A stretch of DNA of 32,753 nt from a virus (taxonomy: Duplodnaviria; Caudoviricetes): IMG/VR virus record IMGVR_UViG_3300010047_000009, positions 1 to 32,753 of that record; one strand, given 5' to 3'. Shown piece after piece: positions 7,554 through 16,483 of the stretch. The notes below the pieces were generated by a model, which saw only the letters and a program-made list of their open reading frames with translations, had not been told where the DNA came from and did no database searches. Each line of letters opens with the position of its first letter. Positions within the stretch are counted from its first letter, which is position 1. The translations under genes and the position numbers were made by a program.

Positions 7554-7778
7554 ATGAAAACCCCGACCCGATACCTCCTTAATCCCGGCCACCGTTGCGA
7601 TGAGCGTTGCGTCGATGGCGGCCACCACACTGCATGGACGCCGCGCGGGCGACTCACGCGACCCGTACCGTTCAAGGTCGAGTGTCTCGAGTGTGGGCGG
7701 AAATTTCAGACCCGCTCGACGTTGCCGACATGCCCTAAGTGTGGCGGCGCCGACGTCGACGTGCGGGAGCTCGCCTAA
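7554..7778 (+). CDS. zinc-ribbon protein
   Basis: CLECGRKF...CPKCGG plus an N-terminal HRCDERC..HH. Confidence 0.7.
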   Translation: MKTPTRYLLNPGHRCDERCVDGGHHTAWTPRGRLTRPVPFKVECLECGRKFQTRSTLPTCPKCGGADVDVRELA

Positions 7779-7782
7779 TGCG

Positions 7783-8223
7783 CTACGCCACGGAGAGCGC
7801 CGGCGACGAGCGCCCGCGGTACACGTGCCCGCGGCTCTTGAGCGTGCCGAGCCACGGGGCGCCCACCGCGAGCGCCTCGCACACCCGCCGGCGCACGGCC
7901 GCCGGGTCCAAGTCGAGGGTCGCGCACGCCGGCCGGAATGCGAGCGGCCAGGTCTCGTCGTCATCCATGAGCCACTGCCACGCCATGGCGTACGGTCTGG
8001 TCCCGCGTGGGTAGCGGTGGAGGTCGAGGAGCACGCCCATGAAGACCGCCAGCACTAATCGCCGCTCTCCGGAAAGCTCCCGCCGGCGCGCGCGGAATTC
8101 CTCAAAGAGCACCTCCGCGTCGGTCGCATCGGGGCCGGGATCGGGTAACGCAAACGTGCGCTTGCCCCCCGAGCGCAACGCGGCCGCTTGCACGCGTAAC
8201 CCCGGGATAGCAAAGAGTGCCAA
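7783..8223 (-). CDS. conserved hypothetical helical protein (start uncertain)
   Basis: ERRLVLAV...AWQWLMDDDETWPLAFRPACATLDLDPAAVRRRV; recalled as a conserved hypothetical family. Confidence 0.6.
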   Translation of the reverse strand: MALFAIPGLRVQAAALRSGGKRTFALPDPGPDATDAEVLFEEFRARRRELSGERRLVLAVFMGVLLDLHRYPRGTRPYAMAWQWLMDDDETWPLAFRPACATLDLDPAAVRRRVCEALAVGAPWLGTLKSRGHVYRGRSSPALSVA

Positions 8224-8241
8224 GCTAACCCCGGAATATCA
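8197..8241. promoter_or_regulatory. pair of 16-bp direct repeats, possible operator
   Basis: TAACCCCGGGATAGCA (8197) and TAACCCCGGAATATCA (8226) between divergent genes. Confidence 0.45.
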
Positions 8242-8269
8242 CACGGTGCCCGAAAAGGAAGAGACAGCT

Positions 8270-9397
8270 ATGGAACCCGAAACCATTCCCGCCGAGGCCA
8301 CCGCCGCCGCGCCCGTCACCGCACCCGCCCTCGTGCCCGACGTCGTCGCCGAGGGCTTGGTGCTCGGCAATCCCGAGGCGCTCGCCGCGCAGCTCGAGAG
8401 TTTCAGCCGCGCGCGTGGTCTCTTCGTCGATTGGCTCTTTAACCGGCTCGTCGCCGGCATCGACTACATGGTGATCCACCGCAAGGTCGGGCCGCGGAAT
8501 GCGAAGACACCGTGCCCGAATGCGACGACCGCCACGGGGGCCACCTGCCCGACGTGCGGCGGCAAGGCGACGCTCTGCAAGCCTGGGAGCGAGAAGATTT
8601 GCGGGTTACTCCAGCTTCGGCCGCGCTTCCGGCGCGACGTCGAAACCTGGGAGATGCTCGGCGGCGAGGCCGGGCTGATGACGCTGGTCTGCGAGCTCGT
8701 CACCACGGCGGGCGTCGTCGTCGCCGAGGGCCGCGGCGCACGCCACCGTGACCAGGATTTCGGCGACGTCAACAAGGCCGTCAAGATGTGCCAGAAGTCG
8801 GCGCAAACTGACGCCGTGCTGCGGTGCGCTGGGCTCTCGGAGATCTTCACGCAGGACCTCGAGGACATGCCCCAATTCATGCGCGACGCCGACGCCGACG
8901 AGCCGCGACCCTTCGAGGCCCCGCGCCGGCAGAGCGAGCCCGCGGCGACGACCTCCGCAGCGCCGACGGGCTCCCAAGGCGAGCTCGACCTGACCGACCA
9001 GCTCCGCCGCTCCGTCGCCGAGGCCACGGCCCGCAAGGCCGCCGTCGCGCCAGCACCGACCCGGCCCGCCGCTGCCGGCGACGAGCCGCCGCCGAGTGAC
9101 GCGCTCTCGAAACCGCGCATCGGCCGCTTGATGGCGCTCCTGCATGAGGCCGTCGAGAAGCAAGGCGTTCCCGACGACTCGCACGAGGACCTGTTTAACC
9201 GCGCGCTCGATTGGCTCGCGGGCTGGGTCGCCACGACGCAGGGCCGCAGCAAGGTCACGCATTGCAGCTACAAGCAATACGAGGCGCTGTGCTCGCAAAT
9301 TCCCGTGGCCGTCGAGGCCGCGCTCGCCGGCGAGCGCCGCCCTGCGCCGCGACTCGTGCGCCGCAGTTACGCCGCCCCGCGTCGGCCGCTGCGGTGA
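8270..9397 (+). CDS. putative single-strand annealing / recombination protein
   Basis: KATLCKPGSEKI...NKAVKMCQKSAQTDAVL..GLSEIFTQDLEDM motifs; paired with a downstream exonuclease. Confidence 0.65.
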   Translation: MEPETIPAEATAAAPVTAPALVPDVVAEGLVLGNPEALAAQLESFSRARGLFVDWLFNRLVAGIDYMVIHRKVGPRNAKTPCPNATTATGATCPTCGGKATLCKPGSEKICGLLQLRPRFRRDVETWEMLGGEAGLMTLVCELVTTAGVVVAEGRGARHRDQDFGDVNKAVKMCQKSAQTDAVLRCAGLSEIFTQDLEDMPQFMRDADADEPRPFEAPRRQSEPAATTSAAPTGSQGELDLTDQLRRSVAEATARKAAVAPAPTRPAAAGDEPPPSDALSKPRIGRLMALLHEAVEKQGVPDDSHEDLFNRALDWLAGWVATTQGRSKVTHCSYKQYEALCSQIPVAVEAALAGERRPAPRLVRRSYAAPRRPLR

Positions 9398-10080
9398 CGA
9401 CCCTCTCGAGCGACTCCGAGCCCGCGCCGAGCGTGCTCGCGTTCGATCCGGTAGCCCATGAATACCGGGTGGACGGTGCGTTGGTGCCAAGCGTGACGCA
9501 GCTTCTTGAGGACGCCGGCCTCACGCCGGACTATTCCGTCGTGCAGCCCGCCGTGCTCCAGCACGCCCGCGAACGCGGCATCCACATTGACGCGTGCTGC
9601 GATCTCCTCGACGCGGATGACCTCGACTGGCGAAGCGTGCACCCGGAAGCGCTGCCGTACGTCGAGGCGTGGCGCGCCTTTCGGGAGCACGAGGGCTTTA
9701 CGCCGGTCGCCTCGCAGGTCCCGCTGTATCACCCGCGCTACGGCTACGCGGGCACGCTCGACGTCGTCGGCCTCTTGCCCGGCAACCGCCCGGTCGTCGT
9801 CGAGCGCAAGAGCACGGCCAAGATGGCGGCCACGTATGCGCTGCAGACCGCAGGCTATGCGCTCGACGGCATGTGGTTCGCGCCCCCGGGCGGCGGTGTC
9901 CTGACCCCCGTGCCGTGGGGGCCGCCGGCGCGGCTCGGCGTCCAGCTCCGCCGCGACGGCTCGTATCAGCTCGTGCCCTACGACGACCCCGAGGACATGG
10001 CGGCCTTTCTCGGCGTCGTCGCGCTCGGGCGCTGGCGCGGCGCGCGGCGTGCCTTGCAACCCATCCGCCGGGCACGGTAG
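9394..10080 (+). CDS. PD-(D/E)xK family phage exonuclease
   Basis: FDPVAHEY..DG..VPSVTQLL, RGIHID, YAGTLDVV, VVERKS and LQTAGY motifs; GTGA overlap. Confidence 0.85.
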   Translation: MTTLSSDSEPAPSVLAFDPVAHEYRVDGALVPSVTQLLEDAGLTPDYSVVQPAVLQHARERGIHIDACCDLLDADDLDWRSVHPEALPYVEAWRAFREHEGFTPVASQVPLYHPRYGYAGTLDVVGLLPGNRPVVVERKSTAKMAATYALQTAGYALDGMWFAPPGGGVLTPVPWGPPARLGVQLRRDGSYQLVPYDDPEDMAAFLGVVALGRWRGARRALQPIRRAR

Positions 10081-10089
10081 CGTAACACC

Positions 10090-10317
10090 GTGGCGAGTGA
10101 AACCCTCAAGCGCTTGGTCGCAATCGAGCGGCGGCTCGCCGCCCTCGAGGAGGGCCAAGCAGTCACCAACGGCGCGCTTGGGGGCACTAACGGGCGCCTC
10201 GACGTGGTCGTGATCCGGCTGGACCAGATGGTCGAGCTCTTGCGCCAAATGGTCGTCGTACGCGCCGAGTTTGACGCGCTTGAGCGGCGCGTGGAACGGC
10301 TTGAGGGCGCCCGGTGA
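10090..10317 (+). CDS. small coiled-coil protein
   Basis: Heptad repeats; preceded by TTGCAA-N18-TAGCGT, 6 nt upstream. Confidence 0.65.
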   Translation: MASETLKRLVAIERRLAALEEGQAVTNGALGGTNGRLDVVVIRLDQMVELLRQMVVVRAEFDALERRVERLEGAR

Positions 10318-10484
10318 CGCGCCTCGAGCAATGGAATGCTGCCGACGACGACGAGCGGATTCGATTGCTCCTCGCTTGGGATCGCGAGCGGGCGCAGGCC
10401 CCGGATGCGGACGCCTTGCGGCGCCCGATCACCGAGGAGGTCGCGCGGATCATCGTCCGCCGGGCGCGGCTGCGCGAGCGCTAG
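10314..10484 (+). CDS. hypothetical protein (56 aa)
   Basis: MTRLEQWNAADDDERIRLLLAWDRE...; GTGA overlap with the previous gene, GAGG RBS. Confidence 0.55.
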   Translation: MTRLEQWNAADDDERIRLLLAWDRERAQAPDADALRRPITEEVARIIVRRARLRER

Positions 10485-10505
10485 GGCTCGTCGGCCGCGC
10501 CGCGC

Positions 10506-10730
10506 ATGGCGTACACACACGAGCTCAAGTTGTGGGTCTCGCCCGCGATGTATGCGTGGCTCGCCGAGCGCGCCGCAGCGCGCGAGTGGACGGTGCCGCA
10601 GGTGGTACGGAAGTGTGTCGAGCGCGCGCGCCCGTATCTTGAGATTAGGGCTCGTCGGCCGCGCGCCGCAGCCGCTCGAGGGCGTCGTCCTCGAGGTTCG
10701 CGAGCACCTCGGGGGGTAAAAAGCCCGTGA
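10506..10730 (+). CDS. ribbon-helix-helix-like protein
   Basis: HELKLWVSPAMYAWLAERAAAREWTVPQVVRKCVE. Confidence 0.6.
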   Translation: MAYTHELKLWVSPAMYAWLAERAAAREWTVPQVVRKCVERARPYLEIRARRPRAAAARGRRPRGSRAPRGVKSP

Positions 10731-10998
10731 CCTCGAGGGCGCCCAAGTGCACCGACACGTACACGTAGTCCGGCTCGGGCGGCGTCTCCCGCGTCGCCGG
10801 CGCGCCCTTCGCGGCGTCGAGGACCTTGACCGTCAGTGGGAGTTCGACCTCGACCGTGTAGCGCATGCGGCGGGCGATGTCGCGCGGACGTCGCGGCCCG
10901 CCCGTATAGCAGAGCGCCCGCGCCCCGGCGACGAGCCGGCGGAGCTCCCGCAATTGGCCGTCGAGGGCGTCAATCGCCGACATCCCGGGCGCGCTCAA
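10645..10998 (-). CDS. hypothetical protein (start uncertain)
   Basis: Protein-like composition in a run of coupled minus-strand genes. Confidence 0.5.
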   Translation of the reverse strand: MSAPGMSAIDALDGQLRELRRLVAGARALCYTGGPRRPRDIARRMRYTVEVELPLTVKVLDAAKGAPATRETPPEPDYVYVSVHLGALEVTGFLPPEVLANLEDDALERLRRAADEP

Positions 10999-11167
10999 GG
11001 TCGCGCACGAGGCGCGCGTGGTATTCCATCAGGATCGCGCGGCGGGCTTGGCTCGGCCGCTGGTCGTCGAGCCGACGGAGATAGGCTTGTACGTGCTCGA
11101 TGGCGAAGTCCAAGTGCTCGGCCTGCTCCCGTTTCTCCTCGTACCACTCGCCCGGATCACGGGCCAT
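10970..11167 (-). CDS. hypothetical protein
   Basis: MARDPGEWYEEKREQAEHLDFAIEHVQAYL...; overlaps the upstream gene end. Confidence 0.55.
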   Translation of the reverse strand: MARDPGEWYEEKREQAEHLDFAIEHVQAYLRRLDDQRPSQARRAILMEYHARLVRDLERARDVGD

Positions 11168-11489
11168 TGGGATCGTCCCGGCAGCTCCGCGCGAGCGCCC
11201 GCCGCAGGTACGCGATGCGACCGCGATCGGGCGGCCATTCCGCGAGCGCCTCAGCGAGGAGCTCGCCCAATTCTGGCGTCGCCCCGTCCTCGGCGAGGTC
11301 ATCAATGCATGCCCGCGCCATGTCGCCGAGCTCCCGCCGGTACTCCGGCCAGTCGGGACTTTCGCGGATGCTGCGACACATCGCGATGAATTCGTCGCGC
11401 TCTGCGGGGGTGCTGACCGGGGCGATCTTCGCCCGCAGCTCCCGCTCCCAGCGTGGCCGCCCCACACGCCTCCTAGCCAAGTTGGTCAT
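11157..11489 (-). CDS. hypothetical protein
   Basis: AAGGA RBS; overlaps the 3' end of the terminase ATPase gene. Confidence 0.6.
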   Translation of the reverse strand: MTNLARRRVGRPRWERELRAKIAPVSTPAERDEFIAMCRSIRESPDWPEYRRELGDMARACIDDLAEDGATPELGELLAEALAEWPPDRGRIAYLRRALARSCRDDPNGP

Positions 11490-12171
11490 GCACCAAGTCC
11501 TTGAAGAAGCCCGGGCCGGCGCTCGACACCGCCGTCAGCCGCCCGCCGCCCTCGATCGTCGGCCGCAAGGCGACCCAGGTCTCGAACGCATGGTCCCAAA
11601 ACGCCACCTCGTCGGCCAAGACGCTGGTAAACGTGTGCTGCCGCGCCTGCTCCTCGCCTTCCCCGAGCGCCACGATCTCCGACCCATTCGGGAACCGCAA
11701 GAAGCCAATCGAGTACTCGACCTCGCACACCGGAAACGTGGCGGGCAGGTGCTCGTGAATGAACTTCGCGCGCCGCACGAGCTCCGCCGACCCCTCCGTC
11801 TCCGTCTTGCCGAGTTTCCGTGCCATGAACGCGACCTTGCTATTGCCACAGAACCGCGCAAGCCAGTAGTTCACCGCCACGAAGAGCCAGGTGACGACCA
11901 TGCGCCGGGACTTCGCGACCGCGAGTAACGGTTGCTCCTGCCAGCGGCGCACCAAGAGCTCGGCATAGGCTTGCGTCGGGTAGCGCCGCACGCGCCCCGT
12001 CACCTCGTCCCGCGTCCAGACGCAGTCCCGTACAAACGCCCACGGATCCCCGTCCCGGCCGTAGGTCGCGAGCGTCTTTCGTTGCTCAAGCAGGAGCCGC
12101 GCTGCGGCGCGCATGGCCAAGGGATGGTCGGGCCCAAGGACCCGCCCGGCGCCGGCCCCCGGCTCAGGCAT
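11473..12171 (-). CDS. terL: terminase large subunit, N-terminal ATPase domain only
   Basis: Walker A-like AVAKSRRMVVTW, FPNGSEI, Walker B VLADEVAFW, coupling motif AVSSA; stops at 232 aa. Confidence 0.88.
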   Translation of the reverse strand: MPEPGAGAGRVLGPDHPLAMRAAARLLLEQRKTLATYGRDGDPWAFVRDCVWTRDEVTGRVRRYPTQAYAELLVRRWQEQPLLAVAKSRRMVVTWLFVAVNYWLARFCGNSKVAFMARKLGKTETEGSAELVRRAKFIHEHLPATFPVCEVEYSIGFLRFPNGSEIVALGEGEEQARQHTFTSVLADEVAFWDHAFETWVALRPTIEGGGRLTAVSSAGPGFFKDLVHDQLG

Positions 12172-12177
12172 CGGTGC

Positions 12178-12372
12178 TCATCGCCGCCCCCCCGCCTCGT
12201 AGCGCCGCCGCGCCTCATCCGCGAGCGCCGCCACCTCGCGCTCGGAGAGCCGCATGGCGTCGGGAATCTCGAGCTCGTCCATGATCCGCACGATCTCCTC
12301 GGCACACCACGCGATCTTCCGTAATTCCTCCGGGTCCTCGACGATAAGCGTCCCGTCCGCCAGCTCCTTCAT
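12178..12372 (-). CDS. small acidic hypothetical protein
   Basis: MKELADGTLIVEDPEELRKIAW...; GGAGG RBS, ATGA overlap. Confidence 0.65.
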   Translation of the reverse strand: MKELADGTLIVEDPEELRKIAWCAEEIVRIMDELEIPDAMRLSEREVAALADEARRRYEAGGRR

Positions 12373-13049
12373 TCCTCCCCCCCGGGTCCCGGCAAGAGCC
12401 CGACCACGCCCGCCAACCGCTCGGGCCACGCCCCCGTCGCACTGAAGGCTTCGAGCTCCTGGTCGCTTAACTGCTCCAACACGTGGAGGTGTAACATCGC
12501 CTTGCGCTCGACCTTGTCCCCGCTCGTCGTCAACACCAAATCCGCCGCCCGGATGGCATCGGCGTCGCGCTTCGCCCGCCCGACCCGCTCGCCCGTCGTC
12601 TTGTCCTTCCGCCCGCCCGCGAGCTCGGTGACGTGCTCCATCACCGTGGGGGCCGCGGCTTTGGCCTGCGCAATCACCCCGTACTCGCCCCGCAAGACCC
12701 GCTCCACCTGCGCGTCGCGCACCAAGGCGACGATGCGCTGGACCGCGGGATGCTTGAGCGCCTTCATCCCCGCCTGCTGCGTCGTGTAGCCGATCGCCCG
12801 CGCAATCGCCGCCGCGTCGTAGCCCCCCAAGTGCAGCATCGCCACCGACCACAGCCGCGCCGGCGTCGAGCGCCGCAGGTCCTCAAGCGACATGGTCGTG
12901 CACCCCTCCAGCCACGCCCGCGCCGCCGCCTTCTTCTCGGCATGCGAGCGCTTGGCCGCCGCCTGCAACGCCGCCACCCGCTCCGCCAAGACGTCCGGCG
13001 GCGCCCCAGGATGCGCAATCACGCCCGGCCCCATCCGTCCCGATGCCAT
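12369..13049 (-). CDS. terS: putative terminase small subunit
   Basis: HTH-like YDAAAIARAIGY..LKHPAVQ, helical middle, C-terminal LEQLSDQELE; upstream of the terminase ATPase. Confidence 0.6.
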   Translation of the reverse strand: MASGRMGPGVIAHPGAPPDVLAERVAALQAAAKRSHAEKKAAARAWLEGCTTMSLEDLRRSTPARLWSVAMLHLGGYDAAAIARAIGYTTQQAGMKALKHPAVQRIVALVRDAQVERVLRGEYGVIAQAKAAAPTVMEHVTELAGGRKDKTTGERVGRAKRDADAIRAADLVLTTSGDKVERKAMLHLHVLEQLSDQELEAFSATGAWPERLAGVVGLLPGPGGEE

Positions 13050-13870
13050 CGGCTCCCGCCGCTACCACGGATCCCGACCGCCTAGCTAGCGGCCCCCGGC
13101 CGCAGCGGCAGGACTGAGGCTCGGCGTCGGGTCGGGTCCACCCTGGCCCGTCGGTGCTCAGGCCGCCCTGGACTCGCCGGCCCCCACGCAAGCGCTCCGC
13201 GCTTGCTCAACCCCTTGCTCCGCAAGGGCTTGCGGCCCCCACAGCTAGCTGGCTAGCCAGCTGGCCTGCCAGCTGGCCCGCTGGCTATTGCGCACTGGCC
13301 TGGCCCAGTGCCTTGCTGGGGCGCACGGAATGCTTCTTGCTAGCCCAGGCCTGTACCAAGGCCTGTGCGTGGTTTCGCCTGACAGTGCCCTTAGCAGGTG
13401 CCATAGGAGGGGGTGCGAGCGAGCCCGGGAGGGCGAGCGGCTGGTCCCTTCTGGCGGGCGAGTGCCGGCGGCGATCGGCTAGCAACCTAGCACCGGTCCC
13501 GTTCCGGCTGGACCATGCCGGCGGGGATTGGCTACCAACCTAGCGGACTAGTCCCTAGGGGGTAGGGTGTGGGGGCAGGGCAGGCCTGGCACGGCCTGGG
13601 ATCCCATCTGTTGGCGGGTGGATTTTCTCTGAAGGGGGGGGGAATCCGACTGCCTGGCGGCTCGTCCGCGTTAGCGTCGGGGCGGTCTGGGGGGGCCGCG
13701 TCGGGGTGCGCCCAGACCAAGAGACCCCCTGGTCCACGAGCGGGGGAATCCAGCGGCACTCTTCGCGGCGTCTGGCGTCCCGCGCCGGCTTTGCGTCCGG
13801 TCCGAGGGAGCGCCGTGCCACTCGAGGGTCCGGCACGCCAGTGGTGGTGTATGCGCTGCGAGCGCGCCGC
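13050..13870. other. largest non-coding region, CTAG-rich with short repeats; candidate packaging/terminus region
   Basis: No convincing ORF; 10 CTAG in 13082-13558; GCTA/GCTG/GCCA periodic run 13244-13287. Confidence 0.45.
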
Positions 13871-13873
13871 TCG

Positions 13874-14158
13874 TCAAGATGGGGGGCCGGGAATGCGGGT
13901 GCGCATGGCGCGTTCGATGGCGGCGTGGCGGGTCGGGCCGGCGGTGAAGAAGCGGGCCCCGAGATAGACGGTGAAGTAGGGGCGGTCGGGGCGGGCGGGG
14001 GTGATGATGGCGTGGTGGCGTTCGAGCCACGCATTGCAGGCTGCGGTGGTGGCGTGGAGGCGTTCGGTGCGGTGGTGGGGGTGGCGGCTCTGGGCGCGGG
14101 CGCGGATGGCGTCCCAGCCGACCAAGCGGGAGCCGTCGGCATGGCCGCGGCGGCTCAT
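13874..14158 (-). CDS. hypothetical protein
   Basis: ATGA-coupled to the upstream gene. Confidence 0.5.
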   Translation of the reverse strand: MSRRGHADGSRLVGWDAIRARAQSRHPHHRTERLHATTAACNAWLERHHAIITPARPDRPYFTVYLGARFFTAGPTRHAAIERAMRTRIPGPPS

Positions 14159-14346
14159 GCGGTCTCGGGCGTCGGGGTGGCGACGTGGAGTGGGACGACG
14201 GTGGCCGTGGGGGCGAGCTGCTCGAGGAGGACGAGGACGACCTTGCGGATGGTGGCATCATCGACGCGGCAGACGATGAGCGGCTCGCCGCTGTCCTCGA
14301 TGTCCTCGTCGGCTTCGGAGATGGTGAGGACGCGGAGCCGTGCCAT
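14155..14346 (-). CDS. hypothetical protein
   Basis: MARLRVLTISEADEDIEDSGEPLIVCRVDD...; TG-C-TATACC extended -10-like element upstream. Confidence 0.55.
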   Translation of the reverse strand: MARLRVLTISEADEDIEDSGEPLIVCRVDDATIRKVVLVLLEQLAPTATVVPLHVATPTPETA

Positions 14347-14376
14347 GGGCTGAGGGTATAGCACAGCGCGGCCCTC

Positions 14377-14416
14377 TTGACGGGGGCGGCGCTCGGGTGC
14401 GAGACGGCCCGTCCCG
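14377..14416 (+). promoter_or_regulatory. late promoter motif, copy A
   Basis: TTGAC-N20-AGACGGCCCGTCCCG directly before GTG 14417. Confidence 0.6.
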
Positions 14417-15244
14417 GTGGCGTGGTATTATACCGAGCCGCGGCGGCGGCGGCTGCCCTTGGAGCCCGTGCCGGGGACGGCGGCGGGCGGTGGGGGTGGG
14501 CCGCCGACGGGGCCGGCGGGCGGGGACCTTGCCGGGAGCTACCCGAATCCCAGCCTGGCGCCGGGGGCGGTGCAGCGGTCGGAGACGGCGCCCGATCTCT
14601 GGCTCTCCCCCATCCCGAGCGATCCGGGGAATGTCGGGCAGGTGCTGACGGTGGTGTCGGGTCCGGCGCTGGTGTGGCAGACGGTCGCGGCCGCGGGGAT
14701 CACCGGGATCTGGAACTATAAAGGCGCGACCGGACTTGTCGATCCGGGGAGCCGGAACCTCGGGATGGATTCGGTCACCACCCCGACGGTGGTCGTGTTC
14801 TCCACCACGACAGTCCCGGGCAGCGATGCCACGAATGTGCTGGTCACGACCCAGGTCGGCGACGTGCTGGTCGCGCAGCAGCGGGATGATGCGTCGAAGT
14901 GGGGGCGGTATCAGGTCCGCGCTCCCATCGTGAACCACGGCACCTGGTTCGAGGTGCCCGTGACGGTGATTGCCGGGGGGACGGGCGGCGGTCCGACACT
15001 CAATGCGGACGTCATGGTGCAATTCCAGCGGAGCGCCACGCCGGCGGCGCTGGCCTATCGCCACGTGCAATCGTCGGCATCGACCACGTGGGCGATCACG
15101 CACAATCTCTCCTTTCGGCCAAATGTGGCCGCGATTGATTCGACGGGGCGGGAGATCTGGCCGGGGGCGACCGACTATCCGAGCGCGACCACGGTGCAGC
15201 TGACGTTTTCGGCGGCGGTCGCGGGCGAGGCGTACCTCAGTTAG
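14417..15244 (+). CDS. virion fibre/decoration protein
   Basis: [11 protein letters not shown] motif; C-terminal HVQSSASTTWAITHNL..RPNV...TFSAAVAGEAYL module typical of phage fibres. Confidence 0.7.
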   Translation: MAWYYTEPRRRRLPLEPVPGTAAGGGGGPPTGPAGGDLAGSYPNPSLAPGAVQRSETAPDLWLSPIPSDPGNVGQVLTVVSGPALVWQTVAAAGITGIWNYKGATGLVDPGSRNLGMDSVTTPTVVVFSTTTVPGSDATNVLVTTQVGDVLVAQQRDDASKWGRYQVRAPIVNHGTWFEVPVTVIAGGTGGGPTLNADVMVQFQRSATPAALAYRHVQSSASTTWAITHNLSFRPNVAAIDSTGREIWPGATDYPSATTVQLTFSAAVAGEAYLS

Positions 15245-15253
15245 GGGGCTGTG

Positions 15254-16483
15254 ATGCCGACCATTTACGGCGCCGTCGATCTGGTCAAGAACGAGCTCCG
15301 CAATGCCGTGATGCAGAACTTGGGCTCCGCGCCGGCCTCGCCGGTAAAGGGGCTCATGTATTTCGACACCACCGCGAACATCTTTTACTGGTACAACGGC
15401 ACGACGTGGGTCGCGGCCCAGTCGGGGGCGAGTCTCAATCCGGCGACCACCGTCACGACGCAGGCGATTGGCGATGCCCCGGTCGTCGGCACGCTCGCCA
15501 GCTATGCCCGCGAGGATCACAAGCACGGCGAGCCGGCGTTCGCGGCCCCGACCGCGCAGACCTCCTTCGGGCTGGCGTCCGCGACCGGGTCGGCGGCGAC
15601 GCTGCCGCGCTCGGACCATACGCACGGCACGCCGACCCACCTGAACGCGGACCACGCCGCGATCAACCATTCCGCCTTGGCGCCCCCGACGGCGGACGTC
15701 AGCTGGGGGGGGTTCAAGCTGACCAGCCTCGGTGCCCCCGTGGCGGCCACCGATGCCTCGACCAAGGGCTACGTCGACGCGGCCATTAGTGGTCTGGCGT
15801 GGAAGGATACGTGTCGCATCGCGTCCACGGCCCAGGTGGCGTTGACGGGGCTCGTCGCGATCGACGGCGTGACGCCGGCGGCGGGCGATCGGGTGCTGTT
15901 GAAGAATCAGACCGCGCCGGCCGAGAATGGCATCTGGGTGGCGGCGTCGGGGGCGTGGGCCCGGGCGACGGATGCGGCGGCGGCCGGGGATCTCCTGAAT
16001 GCCGCCTGCTTCGTCTCCGAGGGCACGGTGAACGCCGATACGGCGTGGGTGATGACGACCAACGCGCCGATCACGGTCGGCACGACGGCACTCACCTGGG
16101 TGCAGTTCTCGGGGGGCGGGACCTATATTGGCGGCGCCGGGCTGACGCTGACGGGCAATACCTTCGACGTGGGCGCGGGGACTGGGATCACCGTGGCGGC
16201 GGACACCGTCGCCGTCGACACCACGGTCATCGCGACCCAAGCCTACGTCACCACCGCCATCACGGGGATGGCGAAGAAGTTTGCGGCGGCGCTGACGGGC
16301 ACCGCGAGCCCCGAGACGGTGACCCACAATCTGAACACCCGGGACGTGCAGGTGCTTGTCTACAACGGCGCGTCGCCCTACACGGCGGTCCAGGTGGATT
16401 GGGACGCGGCGACCGTGAACACCGTGACCATCCGCTACAACCCGAATCTCGGGGCCGGCTACCGTGTCGTGGTGATCGGCTGA
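15254..16483 (+). CDS. virion fibre/decoration protein
   Basis: [25 protein letters not shown]...WARATDA and THNLNTRDV modules. Confidence 0.75.
   Translation: MPTIYGAVDLVKNELRNAVMQNLGSAPASPVKGLMYFDTTANIFYWYNGTTWVAAQSGASLNPATTVTTQAIGDAPVVGTLASYAREDHKHGEPAFAAPTAQTSFGLASATGSAATLPRSDHTHGTPTHLNADHAAINHSALAPPTADVSWGGFKLTSLGAPVAATDASTKGYVDAAISGLAWKDTCRIASTAQVALTGLVAIDGVTPAAGDRVLLKNQTAPAENGIWVAASGAWARATDAAAAGDLLNAACFVSEGTVNADTAWVMTTNAPITVGTTALTWVQFSGGGTYIGGAGLTLTGNTFDVGAGTGITVAADTVAVDTTVIATQAYVTTAITGMAKKFAAALTGTASPETVTHNLNTRDVQVLVYNGASPYTAVQVDWDAATVNTVTIRYNPNLGAGYRVVVIG

Noticed and set aside
9394-10080. Cas4 / CRISPR-associated nuclease
   Set aside because: No four-Cys Fe-S pattern, array or cas genes; fits a phage recombination exonuclease.
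14258-16327. 689-aa minus-strand ORF and other long Arg/Pro-rich ORFs (1492-3057, 10747-11928, 30523-31764, 8606-9490)
   Set aside because: Shadow frames antisense to well-supported genes in high-GC DNA; no motifs.
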